From assembly GCA_025451235.1 (NCBI GenBank), contig JANWKT010000034.1, forward strand, positions 77,014 through 141,013: DNA of 64,000 nt. Reading direction: 5' to 3'. This DNA is from Flavobacteriales bacterium. Its GTDB lineage: Bacteria; Bacteroidota; Bacteroidia; CAIKAF01. This document shows positions 18,270 to 27,638 of this stretch, in pieces (position 1 is the first letter of the stretch; each line of letters opens with the position of its first letter). Both the position numbers and the translations under genes were made by a program. The notes under the pieces are model-generated. The model was not told where the DNA came from. It was given only the letters and a program-made list of their open reading frames with translations, and made no database searches.

Positions 18270-19562
18270 GTGTCCCCTATGAGAAAAATCCTTATTATTT
18301 CTTGTTTTCTCCTAGCCCAGGTTGGTTATGGGCAAGCTATTACCCTTACCATTACTGAGATCCATTATAATTCTGACTCAACAAGAAACTCCGGGGACTG
18401 GTTTGAATTACATAATTACGGTTCAAATAGCATTGATCTTTCATTATTCAGAATAAGGGATAGCAGCGCTACAGGGTTGTATCTCATTCAACCGGGGTTA
18501 AGCATCCCAGCAGGCGGATACCTGGTTTTTTGTACTGATACTCAACAATTTGACGCAATATATAACATCACCAACCGAATTGGGAACCTGGGGTATGGTT
18601 TTAACAATAAAACGGATGGGATCAGGATCTTCGACAATACCAATGCACTCGTACTACAGCTATTTTACCAGGATTCACTTCCATGGCCCATTGGGGCAGA
18701 TGGATTTGGAAGAACCCTTGAGATCATCAATACTTCTTTGAATCCATCGGATCCGCTCAGTTGGAGGACAGGATGCGTATTGGGATCACCTGGCGGACCG
18801 TTTGTCCCATGTGTGAATGAAACCATCGTGGTGAGTGAAATTAACTATAAATCCTCACCAACCGAGGATGCCGGAGATTGGTTCGAGATCCGGAATATTG
18901 GCTCAACTACCGTGGACATTGGCAATTACCGGGTGAGGGATGATAAGGATGTGAACTATTATGTGATTCCGGCGGGAACTGTACTTGCACCGCAGGGATC
19001 CGTGGTGGTCATTGACAATCCGGTAAAATTCAATCAACAATTTCCTCTCTTACCCAATAAAGTGGGACCCTTCTTTTTTAACCTGGCCGGTGATGGGGAT
19101 TGTATCCGCTTGTACAACTCTGCAGACAAAGTGATCTTTTCTATTTTTTACGATGATGATCCACCATGGTCTGATCAACCGGATGGAAATGGATATACCC
19201 TGGAAGCGGATACGATGTTCAACTTTTCCAGAGATGTGAACGACGCCTCCTCTTGGTTTGTGGGGTGTCCGGAGGGCTCCCCGGGTAAAAAGTACAATCC
19301 TGATTGCCTGGGAGGCATATATGATCCAGGTGTTGAATGGTCGATTTATCCCAACCCTTCTTCAGATTTTGTTCGAATCCTCTTGAGTGCTGAAATCCAG
19401 GATTGGAAAGTTAAAATTTACAATGCACTTGGTCAACAGATTATGAATTTAACCAATCAAACCTATATTCCGGTTAGCAACCTCTCCAATGGAACTTACA
19501 TCTTAGAAATAGAATCTTATTCCTTTCACTCGCGACAAAAAATAATGGTTTCCCATGAATAA
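18270..19562 (+). CDS. Secreted lamin-tail-domain (LTD) protein with two LTD modules and a T9SS C-terminal sorting domain
   Basis: Signal peptide. Two copies of the LTD signature (ITEIHYNSD...GDWFELHNYG...; SEINYKSSPTEDAGDWFEIRNIG...). The C-terminus 'SIYPNPSSDFVRILL...GTYILEIES' is a T9SS CTD. It overlaps the next gene by 8 bp, so they probably form an operon. Confidence 0.75.
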   Translation: MSPMRKILIISCFLLAQVGYGQAITLTITEIHYNSDSTRNSGDWFELHNYGSNSIDLSLFRIRDSSATGLYLIQPGLSIPAGGYLVFCTDTQQFDAIYNITNRIGNLGYGFNNKTDGIRIFDNTNALVLQLFYQDSLPWPIGADGFGRTLEIINTSLNPSDPLSWRTGCVLGSPGGPFVPCVNETIVVSEINYKSSPTEDAGDWFEIRNIGSTTVDIGNYRVRDDKDVNYYVIPAGTVLAPQGSVVVIDNPVKFNQQFPLLPNKVGPFFFNLAGDGDCIRLYNSADKVIFSIFYDDDPPWSDQPDGNGYTLEADTMFNFSRDVNDASSWFVGCPEGSPGKKYNPDCLGGIYDPGVEWSIYPNPSSDFVRILLSAEIQDWKVKIYNALGQQIMNLTNQTYIPVSNLSNGTYILEIESYSFHSRQKIMVSHE

Positions 19563-22320
19563 ATTTAGCCCCTTATTTATCCTGTTAGTTTGCCTTTTAG
19601 GTTTCCAAAACCTAAAAAGCCAAGTACTAATCAATGAGTACTCAGCAGCTAATTTTGGCACGACCACTGATAATTTCGGTGATACGCCTGATTGGATCGA
19701 GTTGTATAATGCAGGCGGAGTTGCCGTAAATTTGTCAAGCTACTTCTTAAGCGATAAACTTACCAATCCTTTAAAATGGCAACTTCCCAATATCAATATC
19801 AATCCAGGACAGCGGATCAGGTTTTGGGCAAGCAACCGCAACACCGTTATAGGAACAGATTATCATACCAATTTTAAGCTTACTCAAAGTGAAGGAAATG
19901 ATTATGTGGTATTCTCGGATGGGATGGCCAATATTCTTGATTTTGTAGATGTTCAACCTAATCAACGTAACCATTCAAACGGTAGAACTGTAGATGGAGG
20001 ACCTACCTGGGGTGTATTTTCCACCCCAACACCCGGAACTGCTAATGGGGCAAGTTTCACCAGTTATGCTACTACCCCCACCATGAGCATGGCCCCTGGA
20101 AATTATGCAGGTGCGATTGCCGTTGCATTGGCATCACCAGATCCGTTGATTACTATTCGTTATACAACTAACGGTTCGGAGCCGACGGCCGCATCAACCG
20201 CCTATGTAGCACCTATCAATGTTGCCGCAACTACGGTGATCAGAGCAAAAGCTTTTTCCTCTAATCCTGCTGTTCTTCCAAGTTTTATTGAAACGAATAC
20301 TTATTTTATCAATGTAAACCATACCATTCCTATTGTTTCCATTTGTTCTGGTAATTATACAAATCTATTTAACAGTGTAATGCCAGAAATTTATTCTTCA
20401 CTGGAATATTTCGATGCCAATGAAACATTCCAGTTCGAAAGTTATGGAGAAGTAAATGGACATGGCAATGATTCATGGTCATTTCCGCAAAAAGGAATTG
20501 ACTTTATCACCAAAGATGAAGAAGGTTATGACAATCAAATGGACCATCCTATTTTTGATGGTACTCCAAGACCCAGTTACCAGAGGTTAATTATTAAAGC
20601 GGGTGCTTCTGATAATTATCCATTTGCATGGGGGCCTGGATGTCATCTGAGAGACGCATTTGTTCAATCATATGCATTCAAACATAACCTCCATATGGAT
20701 GGAAGAAGGTTTGAAAGTTGCATTCTTTACATCAACGGTCAATATTGGGGAGTTTACGAATTAAGAGAAAAAGGAAGTGACTCGGATTATACTGATTTTT
20801 ATTATGGACAAAAAGAAGATGAGATTGATGTGCTATCCTACTGGGGTGGAATGATCGTTAGATATGGCAGCACAGCAGACTGGAATAACCTATATACTTA
20901 TATTACCACCAACAGCATGGCTGTACAAACCAATTATGATGTGGCTGCAGGAAGGATAGATGTGATGAGTGTAATTGATAATTATATTTACAATACCTAT
21001 GTTGTTAATTCAGACTGGATCAATTGGAACAGCATGTGGTGGAGAGGATTTGGAAGTCCCAACGTAAAATGGAAATACATGATGTGGGATATGGACAATG
21101 TTTACAACCTCGGTCAGAATTATTCGGGTTGGCCGAACGGAACAAGTTATACCAGTGATCCATGTGACCTCGATCTTATTTTCCAAAATGCCGGACCCAA
21201 TATGGGGCATATGGATATTTTTAATGCATTGATGCAAAATCCAGGCTTTAAGAATTTATTTATTACCCGTTATGCAGAATTATTATCCGGTCCATTGACC
21301 TGTCCACAGATCAATGCACATCTGGACAGTATTGTGAATGTATTGACCCCAGAAATGCCGGGACAGATCGCCAGGTGGGGTGGAACCATGGTTGAATGGA
21401 ATGATAATCTTACCTTTTTACGAAATGAGATCAATGGAAGATGCAATGTAATTACCCAAGGTGCTATTGATTGTTACGATGTTACCGGACCCTATGATGT
21501 AGTAGTTGTAGTTGATCCTCCCTTAACTGGTCAGGTAGATTTTATGGGCAATACCATCACCACCTATCCATGGTCGGGAACATATTTTGGAACTACGGTG
21601 ATCGATTTGACTGCGATTCCATCAATGGGTTGGAATTTTGATTATTGGGAATTAAATAACCATGTAGTTGCCCCCAATCAATTTGCAACCGATGTTACCT
21701 TTACCTTAAATGCAAATGATACCATTATAGCACACTTTGTTCAACCTGATTCGTTAAAGATCATGTATCGTGTAATGCCACCGTTAACCGGTGAAATAAG
21801 CATGAACGGGTCTAACTTACCTTATTACCCATATACTGATAATGTAGCTCCGGGAGAAGTGTATAACCTAGCTGCCATTCCGGATACATCAGAGTATTTG
21901 TTTGATCATTGGCAATTGAATAACCATGCCATTAATCCTTCCACTCTTGATTCAGCGGGCAGCATTACGGTTAGTTCGTCGGATACTGTAGTTGCCTGGT
22001 TCAAGAAAAAACCACCTATTCCGGAACCATATATTGAGCCACCAACGCTCTATATTCCGAATTCATTTACACCTAATGGTGATGACCTCAACGAATATTT
22101 TGAGGTGTATTTTAATGATCGGATCAAAGATGTAAAAATTGAAATATTTGATCGTTGGGGATTCAAGCTTTTCTCTTCCTCTGATAAATACTTCAAGTGG
22201 GATGGAAAATTCAAAGGAGTCCTATTACCCATCGGAGTTTATGCTTATAAGCTCAGTTATATAGATGATGAGAAAAACTACGAGCAAATCATTTACGGAC
22301 ATGTAACCTTGTTAAAATAA
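19555..22320 (+). CDS. CotH-family (atypical kinase fold) protein with an N-terminal LTD, a chitobiase-like Fn3 module and a gliding-motility-type (type B) T9SS C-terminal domain
   Basis: 921 aa. An N-terminal LTD (INEYSAANF...PDWIELYNAG). The CotH core (ILYINGQYWGVYELREK, WWRGF..). A C-terminal 'YIPNSFTPNGDDLNEYFEVYF...WDGKFKG' type-B CTD. Confidence 0.85.
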   Translation: MNKFSPLFILLVCLLGFQNLKSQVLINEYSAANFGTTTDNFGDTPDWIELYNAGGVAVNLSSYFLSDKLTNPLKWQLPNININPGQRIRFWASNRNTVIGTDYHTNFKLTQSEGNDYVVFSDGMANILDFVDVQPNQRNHSNGRTVDGGPTWGVFSTPTPGTANGASFTSYATTPTMSMAPGNYAGAIAVALASPDPLITIRYTTNGSEPTAASTAYVAPINVAATTVIRAKAFSSNPAVLPSFIETNTYFINVNHTIPIVSICSGNYTNLFNSVMPEIYSSLEYFDANETFQFESYGEVNGHGNDSWSFPQKGIDFITKDEEGYDNQMDHPIFDGTPRPSYQRLIIKAGASDNYPFAWGPGCHLRDAFVQSYAFKHNLHMDGRRFESCILYINGQYWGVYELREKGSDSDYTDFYYGQKEDEIDVLSYWGGMIVRYGSTADWNNLYTYITTNSMAVQTNYDVAAGRIDVMSVIDNYIYNTYVVNSDWINWNSMWWRGFGSPNVKWKYMMWDMDNVYNLGQNYSGWPNGTSYTSDPCDLDLIFQNAGPNMGHMDIFNALMQNPGFKNLFITRYAELLSGPLTCPQINAHLDSIVNVLTPEMPGQIARWGGTMVEWNDNLTFLRNEINGRCNVITQGAIDCYDVTGPYDVVVVVDPPLTGQVDFMGNTITTYPWSGTYFGTTVIDLTAIPSMGWNFDYWELNNHVVAPNQFATDVTFTLNANDTIIAHFVQPDSLKIMYRVMPPLTGEISMNGSNLPYYPYTDNVAPGEVYNLAAIPDTSEYLFDHWQLNNHAINPSTLDSAGSITVSSSDTVVAWFKKKPPIPEPYIEPPTLYIPNSFTPNGDDLNEYFEVYFNDRIKDVKIEIFDRWGFKLFSSSDKYFKWDGKFKGVLLPIGVYAYKLSYIDDEKNYEQIIYGHVTLLK

Positions 22321-22471
22321 CCATGGTTTTTGACCTGTTCAATCATTCCTGGTGCTTTGCGGAACAAGCCTGTCCGGTAAGTAGGCTTACTCAAAAAGAT
22401 AGACCAAAAGTTTTATTATTGTCTGTTATTTGGACAAAGACCCTTACATTTAACCACTTAAACTGAATAGG

Positions 22472-22876
22472 ATGACCATCAAAAAAACAGTTTTTATAAT
22501 AACCGCCTTATTCACGCTTATTATTATAGGCTGCACTAAACCTCCTGGCGAGGGCGGAACTTCCAGGATCAAAGGGAGAATATATGTCCGGGATTATAAT
22601 AGCAATTTTACCTTTCTACAGGATTCATTTTATGCAATGGAGGAAAGAGTATATGTGACCTATGGCGACAATGATTTTTACGATGATGATATTCGCACAG
22701 GTTACGATGGCACCTATGTTTTTGATCACCTTCGAAAAGGCAGTTATACAGTATTCGCATACTCCGACGATTCATTACAGGTAACTCCCGGATTAATGTA
22801 TCCCGTTTTTAGAACCGTGGAAATAACCGAGGAATATCAAACTGTTGAGGTCCCCTTAATCATCTTATTGAAATAA
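22472..22876 (+). CDS. Small lipoprotein with a transthyretin/CarbopepD_reg-like beta-sandwich signature
   Basis: Lipobox IIGC. 'IKGRIYVRD...GTYVFDHLRKGSYTVFAY' pattern. Confidence 0.5.
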   Translation: MTIKKTVFIITALFTLIIIGCTKPPGEGGTSRIKGRIYVRDYNSNFTFLQDSFYAMEERVYVTYGDNDFYDDDIRTGYDGTYVFDHLRKGSYTVFAYSDDSLQVTPGLMYPVFRTVEITEEYQTVEVPLIILLK

Positions 22877-22878
22877 TT

Positions 22879-23367
22879 ATGAAACTACTCGCAACACTTC
22901 TCATTTTTTTTCTTCCTTCCCTGCTTTTTAGTCAATCAAAAAAAGAACTGAAAGATGCAGGTGTGATATCAAGGGTTGAAAATACTTCCAAATCTGAAAA
23001 AGGAAAAACAACCAATTATAAGGAATCATTCGAACGATATGATGACAATGGGAATAAGATCGAGGCCATTGAATATAAAAGCAATGGGGATATTATCAAT
23101 TATACCCAGTTTGAATACAATGACAAAGGTAAGGTGATCAAGGAAAAGAGACTCAACCCTGTTAACAGTCAACCTAAAGCAACCATCAACTATGAATATT
23201 CAGAGGATGGAAAACTGATCAAAGAACTCCATTATGATAAAAATAATGAGCTCAAAAAAACATCGGAGTATTTATACGAAAATGGATTGAAGGCCATTAA
23301 AAAAACTACCGATAGCAAAGGAAAGGTTATTGAGACCAAAACATATACCTACGAAAAGAAAAAATGA
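22879..23367 (+). CDS. Secreted repeat protein (YD/MORN-like short repeats)
   Basis: Signal peptide. Repeated '(E/Y)Y..(N/D)GK.IKE' units. It starts 3 bp after the previous stop. Confidence 0.45.
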   Translation: MKLLATLLIFFLPSLLFSQSKKELKDAGVISRVENTSKSEKGKTTNYKESFERYDDNGNKIEAIEYKSNGDIINYTQFEYNDKGKVIKEKRLNPVNSQPKATINYEYSEDGKLIKELHYDKNNELKKTSEYLYENGLKAIKKTTDSKGKVIETKTYTYEKKK

Positions 23368-24062
23368 AAGACTCCCTTCATCTAGTAAGCAATAAAGATA
23401 GGCTGGATCTTTTTAGTAATCTTTTTGACCTGAATGCCACCCTTGGCCTTGGCATTGCTTATGTGATACATCTGGTGGTGCTTATCATCCTGATTTTTGG
23501 AATTTATTATACCACCTTCAGAAGGAAGAATTTTGTCTTTACCTTTTTCCTCATAGGCTCCATTGTTTTTTCACTTTCCTACGTAATGAGTAACCTGAAC
23601 CTTAGCATGGGTTTTGCCCTTGGTTTGTTTGCCATTTTCGGAATTATCCGGTATCGAACTGACTTGATCCCCTACCGGGAAATGACCTACCTGTTCATCA
23701 TCATCGGACTAAGCGTTTTAAACGGACTTAGCAAAAACAACTTGTCTTTCTCGGAGGTGACGCTACTCAATCTCCTTACCTTGCTTACTGTTTTTATATT
23801 CGAAAAGGTGCTGGACCTTCGAAACGAGTCTTTCAAAGTGGTGGTGTATGAAAAGCTGGATCTACTTCAACCAGGCCAGGAAGAACAACTTAAACAAGAC
23901 CTGAAGCATCGGACTGGAATAACGGTAGAAAAAGTGGACGTTGTAAAATATAACTTCACCAAAAATAGTGCGATCATTAAAATATACTATCATTCCAAGA
24001 AATATGAAAACGGATCTGGTGGGGACGGCGGTATGATGAGTGACGATGGGGACGATGATTAA
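23364..24062 (+). CDS. Inner-membrane protein, DUF4956-like (four TM helices plus a C-terminal soluble domain with an acidic Gly/Asp tail)
   Basis: Four predicted TM helices, then a charged soluble domain ending in GSGGDGGMMSDDGDDD. It overlaps its neighbours by 4 bp and 23 bp, consistent with an operon. The family assignment is from memory of DUF4956 architecture and was not computed. Confidence 0.45.
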   Translation: MKDSLHLVSNKDRLDLFSNLFDLNATLGLGIAYVIHLVVLIILIFGIYYTTFRRKNFVFTFFLIGSIVFSLSYVMSNLNLSMGFALGLFAIFGIIRYRTDLIPYREMTYLFIIIGLSVLNGLSKNNLSFSEVTLLNLLTLLTVFIFEKVLDLRNESFKVVVYEKLDLLQPGQEEQLKQDLKHRTGITVEKVDVVKYNFTKNSAIIKIYYHSKKYENGSGGDGGMMSDDGDDD

Positions 24063-24723
24063 AAGACTCTTCATAATTTGTTTATTGTTATCCCAGGCAA
24101 GCTTATTCGGCCAGGTAATCAACGATTTTGGAACCTGGTGGGGGGCCGAGGTTCGTAAAACCTTTCTAAAGGATTTTAAAACAGGAGTAAGGATTGAAAC
24201 AAGGCTTAACGAAAATTCGGAGTTTGTAAAAAACTTTTACATCTCTCCATATTTCAAGTATTCTCCCTTAAAGTGGTTAACGCTTGGATTGAACTATCGG
24301 TTTGACAATCGGTATCAAAGAGCAGAAAAATATTTTAGTCAAAGACATAGGGTGGCTTTCGACCTTGAATTTACCTATGAAATAAAAAGGTTTGAACTGG
24401 GATACAGAAATCGGACCCAACTCCAATGGGAAAATGAATATAGCAGCTCCATAGAGTACCCTCTGGCATTTAACAGGAACCAGGTTTCTCTTAAATATAA
24501 ATGGCCCAATTTACCATTCAGTACGATGATCAGCGGAGAACTCTGGCTACCGATGGTGTTGAATACAGATCTGAGCAAATTCAGGCTGGTAGTTGGCCAG
24601 GAATACCGGCTCAAAGAAAAACATCGGTTCCAGTTACGTTTTATTTTTCAAACCGACCTGAACAGTACAGGCGAAATATGGAGGGATTATATTATATCCA
24701 CCCGGTACATATTTGCGTTTTAG
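24040..24723 (+). CDS. Outer-membrane beta-barrel-like protein (DUF2490-like)
   Basis: Signal peptide. Alternating aromatic/hydrophobic beta-strand periodicity. C-terminal ...YIFAF. Confidence 0.4.
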   Translation: MTMGTMIKRLFIICLLLSQASLFGQVINDFGTWWGAEVRKTFLKDFKTGVRIETRLNENSEFVKNFYISPYFKYSPLKWLTLGLNYRFDNRYQRAEKYFSQRHRVAFDLEFTYEIKRFELGYRNRTQLQWENEYSSSIEYPLAFNRNQVSLKYKWPNLPFSTMISGELWLPMVLNTDLSKFRLVVGQEYRLKEKHRFQLRFIFQTDLNSTGEIWRDYIISTRYIFAF

Positions 24724-26498
24724 TACGGGATGAATTTACGCAATACGATATATGCGGCTGGGTTTAATTCCACTGCATCTGCTTTTAAGCTATATTGATT
24801 CCCTTCGGAAGAAGTAATATAATTACCATTGGGCACTTTCATCGCAAATTTATTATTCCCCAAAAAACATACCTCAAAGCTGGTCGCCCTTAAAATATCC
24901 TTTTGATTGGCATAGATAAAACTGGTAGAATAATCATGAGTGCAAAATAAACCGGTCTTAACGGATCTTATATAGTAACCCCGACTAGCAAAATTGTATA
25001 TAAACTGAAATGTTTCATGGGGGGTGACCTGTTCAGGTACCGCATTTAAAAGCGTACTAACCGTATCAGAAGAGCTGACAAAGTGCGCCCTTAAAAATTC
25101 CACTGTAAAACATCCTTCCGTTAAGTCTTTGGGAGTGTAAAAAGATCCCTCTCCCTTTAGTTCTTTCGAATAGTCCAGATACGATATCAACAGATCATAA
25201 TTCTCTGGATACCGGGTTTTGCCCCAGATGGCCATATAGGTTTGTTGGTTCATTTGATCGTAGTGTAAAATCACTTTAGAATATTGCCAAACCTGAAAAA
25301 TATTTAAGCCAACCGTTCCCATCATAAAAACGCCGGTGAGCCATGCTTGATATCGTTTTTTGTTCCAGATAAAAGCCGCCATTGGAAAAACCAATAAGGC
25401 ATAGATGTCGATCATCGGCCTCATTCCATAACACCCTCCATACGACCATGCCCACCAGCAAGAAATAACATAAACAAAGACGGGTAGGATCACAATCACC
25501 GGGATAAAAAACTCTTTGACCTTTTTTCGTAACGAGAAGATTCCCAGTAAAGACATGATCATAACAGGCGTATATAACAACCATCCTTTTCGAAATGAAA
25601 ACAATACTTCAAGGATCATAGGCCTGTCCCAATAAAACTTTTCTCCCTGATAGGAATAATAGATCCAATTACCGGTAGCATACTTCCAATAGATGAGCTG
25701 AGGGATAATGGGAATTAAAAAAACTGCCAGTGCCAATAAAAGATGGTCATAACGGTCCTTTGCCAATCTCCATTTATCCAGCAATGTCTTTCGGTTATAT
25801 ATTCCATATAAAAATGGGAACAATGCTAATAGAATATTATTAGGTCGGATCAAAGCCAACATGGAAATACAGATGGCCATGCATAGTATATCGAATAGCT
25901 TTATCAATTGATGATACCGGATCGTAAAATAAATAAGCATACTCAACCACATGAAATTTACTCCATGCGTGAACAATGGCTCTCCATTGGTATACCAGGT
26001 TAAATTGGTAGCAGCTAGAACCAAGGTCAACGTAATGAGTGCTATGTGCATGGGGAAAAACCTCACCAATGCCTTCCCTAAAAAATACAATCCTATACAA
26101 ACATAGATCCAACAGCCAATCACCAAAATGAACTGGGTAGTTGAAGAATAACCATCATCTCCCCTCCCCTGTATATAAGCTACTCCCTGACCAACTGCAT
26201 AAAAAGGGAGGTACATATATGCCATTCCGATACTTCGTTTATTTACATGACGTCCGTCTTTGGTTTTTTGGGCCCAATAATGTTTAGGACAAGAAGAGGT
26301 AAAACTCAGGTCGTTACATTCAAAAACCGCGGTTACGAAACTATAATATTCAACCACGTCGCTATTGATGTGTTTCCTTTTGAAGGTTTGAAGGTGGAAG
26401 CTGAATGTTATAAATAGTGCTAATGCAAAAACGCAGTATAATACGAACGTCCGGTTCTGTTTTTTGAAGGTGGCGATATGCTGGGTGGTCTGTTCCAA
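24720..26498 (-). CDS. Polytopic membrane protein (ArnT/PMT GT39-like N-terminal region) with a C-terminal beta-trefoil/fascin-like soluble domain
   Basis: 592 aa. About 10 TM helices in the N-terminal 400 aa. The C-terminal ~150 aa has a repetitive beta-trefoil-like pattern (YYIRSVKTGLFCTHD..., NGNYITSSEGNQYSLKAD). Confidence 0.45.
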   Translation of the reverse strand: MEQTTQHIATFKKQNRTFVLYCVFALALFITFSFHLQTFKRKHINSDVVEYYSFVTAVFECNDLSFTSSCPKHYWAQKTKDGRHVNKRSIGMAYMYLPFYAVGQGVAYIQGRGDDGYSSTTQFILVIGCWIYVCIGLYFLGKALVRFFPMHIALITLTLVLAATNLTWYTNGEPLFTHGVNFMWLSMLIYFTIRYHQLIKLFDILCMAICISMLALIRPNNILLALFPFLYGIYNRKTLLDKWRLAKDRYDHLLLALAVFLIPIIPQLIYWKYATGNWIYYSYQGEKFYWDRPMILEVLFSFRKGWLLYTPVMIMSLLGIFSLRKKVKEFFIPVIVILPVFVYVISCWWAWSYGGCYGMRPMIDIYALLVFPMAAFIWNKKRYQAWLTGVFMMGTVGLNIFQVWQYSKVILHYDQMNQQTYMAIWGKTRYPENYDLLISYLDYSKELKGEGSFYTPKDLTEGCFTVEFLRAHFVSSSDTVSTLLNAVPEQVTPHETFQFIYNFASRGYYIRSVKTGLFCTHDYSTSFIYANQKDILRATSFEVCFLGNNKFAMKVPNGNYITSSEGNQYSLKADAVELNPAAYIVLRKFIPY

Positions 26499-26544
26499 AA
26501 TCTAGCGGTAAAGAAAAGAAATATTCAGTTCCCAGACATTCAAC

Positions 26545-26685
26545 CGGGTGCTGCCGGCATAAAGCTTGCCTGTCCAGGTGCATGCCAGGGCCCCCACCGG
26601 CCGAAGCGTTGACTTTACCCTGGGTGGGCAAGGCCCGCAGGTGGAGGCACCCGCAAGGCAGCCCGTGAAGTATAATAGAAGACCC
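26545..26685 (+). repeat. GC-rich intergenic repeat, copy A of a ~100-130 bp family
   Basis: About 65% GC in a ~40% GC genome. It aligns block-by-block with 38530-38632 (aagcYtgcctg..ggYgcag...ccgg(c)cga/gagcgttg...gtgaa(a/g)tataa.ag) and in reverse orientation with 50155-50275. It sits in a divergent promoter region. Confidence 0.6.
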
Positions 26686-26773
26686 GAAAAAACAGCTCCA
26701 AAAACCTAGAAATAAGTATAAAAACAAAGAATATTTTAACATTTGCATACTAGAATGGGTATTATTATTGTTA

Positions 26774-26781
26774 TAAATTTG
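26774..26781 (+). promoter_or_regulatory. Candidate -7 box (TAAATTTG) for the YwqK-like gene
   Basis: It matches the Bacteroidota TAnnTTTG consensus 20 bp upstream of the ATG at 26801. Confidence 0.25.
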
Positions 26782-26800
26782 AAACACCCTTTCTTATTCT

Positions 26801-27613
26801 ATGAGAAAATACATGCGATCTGTTTTTTTATTGTCCTTTTTATGGCTGGCAACCATGGTATGCCATGGCCAACCCACTAACCAGAAGGATGCTAACGGCA
26901 AAAAAACCGGGCTCTGGCAGACCAAATGGCCCAATGATTCATTAAAAAGTGAAGGTTATTATAAAGCCGGTAAAGCTATCGGGCTTTGGAAATATTGGTA
27001 TGAAACCGGAGAGATCATGGCATGGATGGAACACCTCACCGACGGAATTACTAGCAACTTTAAATTGTTCGATCCCTCAGGGCCAAGGATTGCTGAAGGC
27101 TTGTATGAAAAAGGTAAAAAAAATGGGACCTGGCATTATTATGGAGTGGATAGCAGCAAAGTAAGCGAAGAGACTTATATCAAAGGCGTAAAAACCGGGG
27201 AGGAAAAAGTATTTTATCCCAAAACCGGGAAACTATTTCAGACCACCTATTTTGCCGATGGAAAAAAAGAAGGATTGTGGAAACAGTTTTATGCGGACGG
27301 GTTTTTAAAAACAGATGGAAACCACAAGAACGATACCCTGGTTGGAAAGGTGATCTATTACCATCCTAATGGCAAGAAGAATCTGGAAGGGAATTATGTA
27401 AAAGGCCTCAGGCACGGAGAATTCTTTGTATATGATGAAAATGGGAAATTAGCCGAAACCCTCCATTATAAAATGGGTAAACTAGACGAAAAAGATTTGA
27501 AACGTCACTTAAATGGTGAAATAAAAGTTACCTTCCCCGAAGATGTGATCTACCAGGGGGGCTATGAATGGCTGAATCCTAATGGAAATGGTGGAGGCGG
27601 AGGCGGGTATTGA
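26801..27613 (+). CDS. Secreted MORN-variant repeat protein (YwqK-family antitoxin-like repeats)
   Basis: Signal peptide. Multiple 'G.W..(W/Y)Y.(N/T)G' repeats (GLWQTKWPNDSLKSEGYYKAGKAIGLWKYWYETGE...). It ends with an NGNGGGGGGY tail. Confidence 0.65.
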   Translation: MRKYMRSVFLLSFLWLATMVCHGQPTNQKDANGKKTGLWQTKWPNDSLKSEGYYKAGKAIGLWKYWYETGEIMAWMEHLTDGITSNFKLFDPSGPRIAEGLYEKGKKNGTWHYYGVDSSKVSEETYIKGVKTGEEKVFYPKTGKLFQTTYFADGKKEGLWKQFYADGFLKTDGNHKNDTLVGKVIYYHPNGKKNLEGNYVKGLRHGEFFVYDENGKLAETLHYKMGKLDEKDLKRHLNGEIKVTFPEDVIYQGGYEWLNPNGNGGGGGGY

Positions 27614-27638
27614 TCATTAAACCTTACTATACTTAAAG

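Noticed and set aside
22321-22471. Hairpin AAGCCT-N11-AGGCTT downstream of the CotH gene as a terminator
   Set aside because: It has a weak stem and no T-tract. The downstream operon starts within 150 bp, so read-through is plausible.
26362-26787. 141-aa minus-strand ORF spanning GC-rich repeat copy A
   Set aside because: Its composition comes from the GC-rich repeat. It overlaps the start of the 24720-26498 gene. Similar ORFs at 38431-38689 and 50000-50346 cover the other repeat copies, which points to a repeat artefact and not a gene family.
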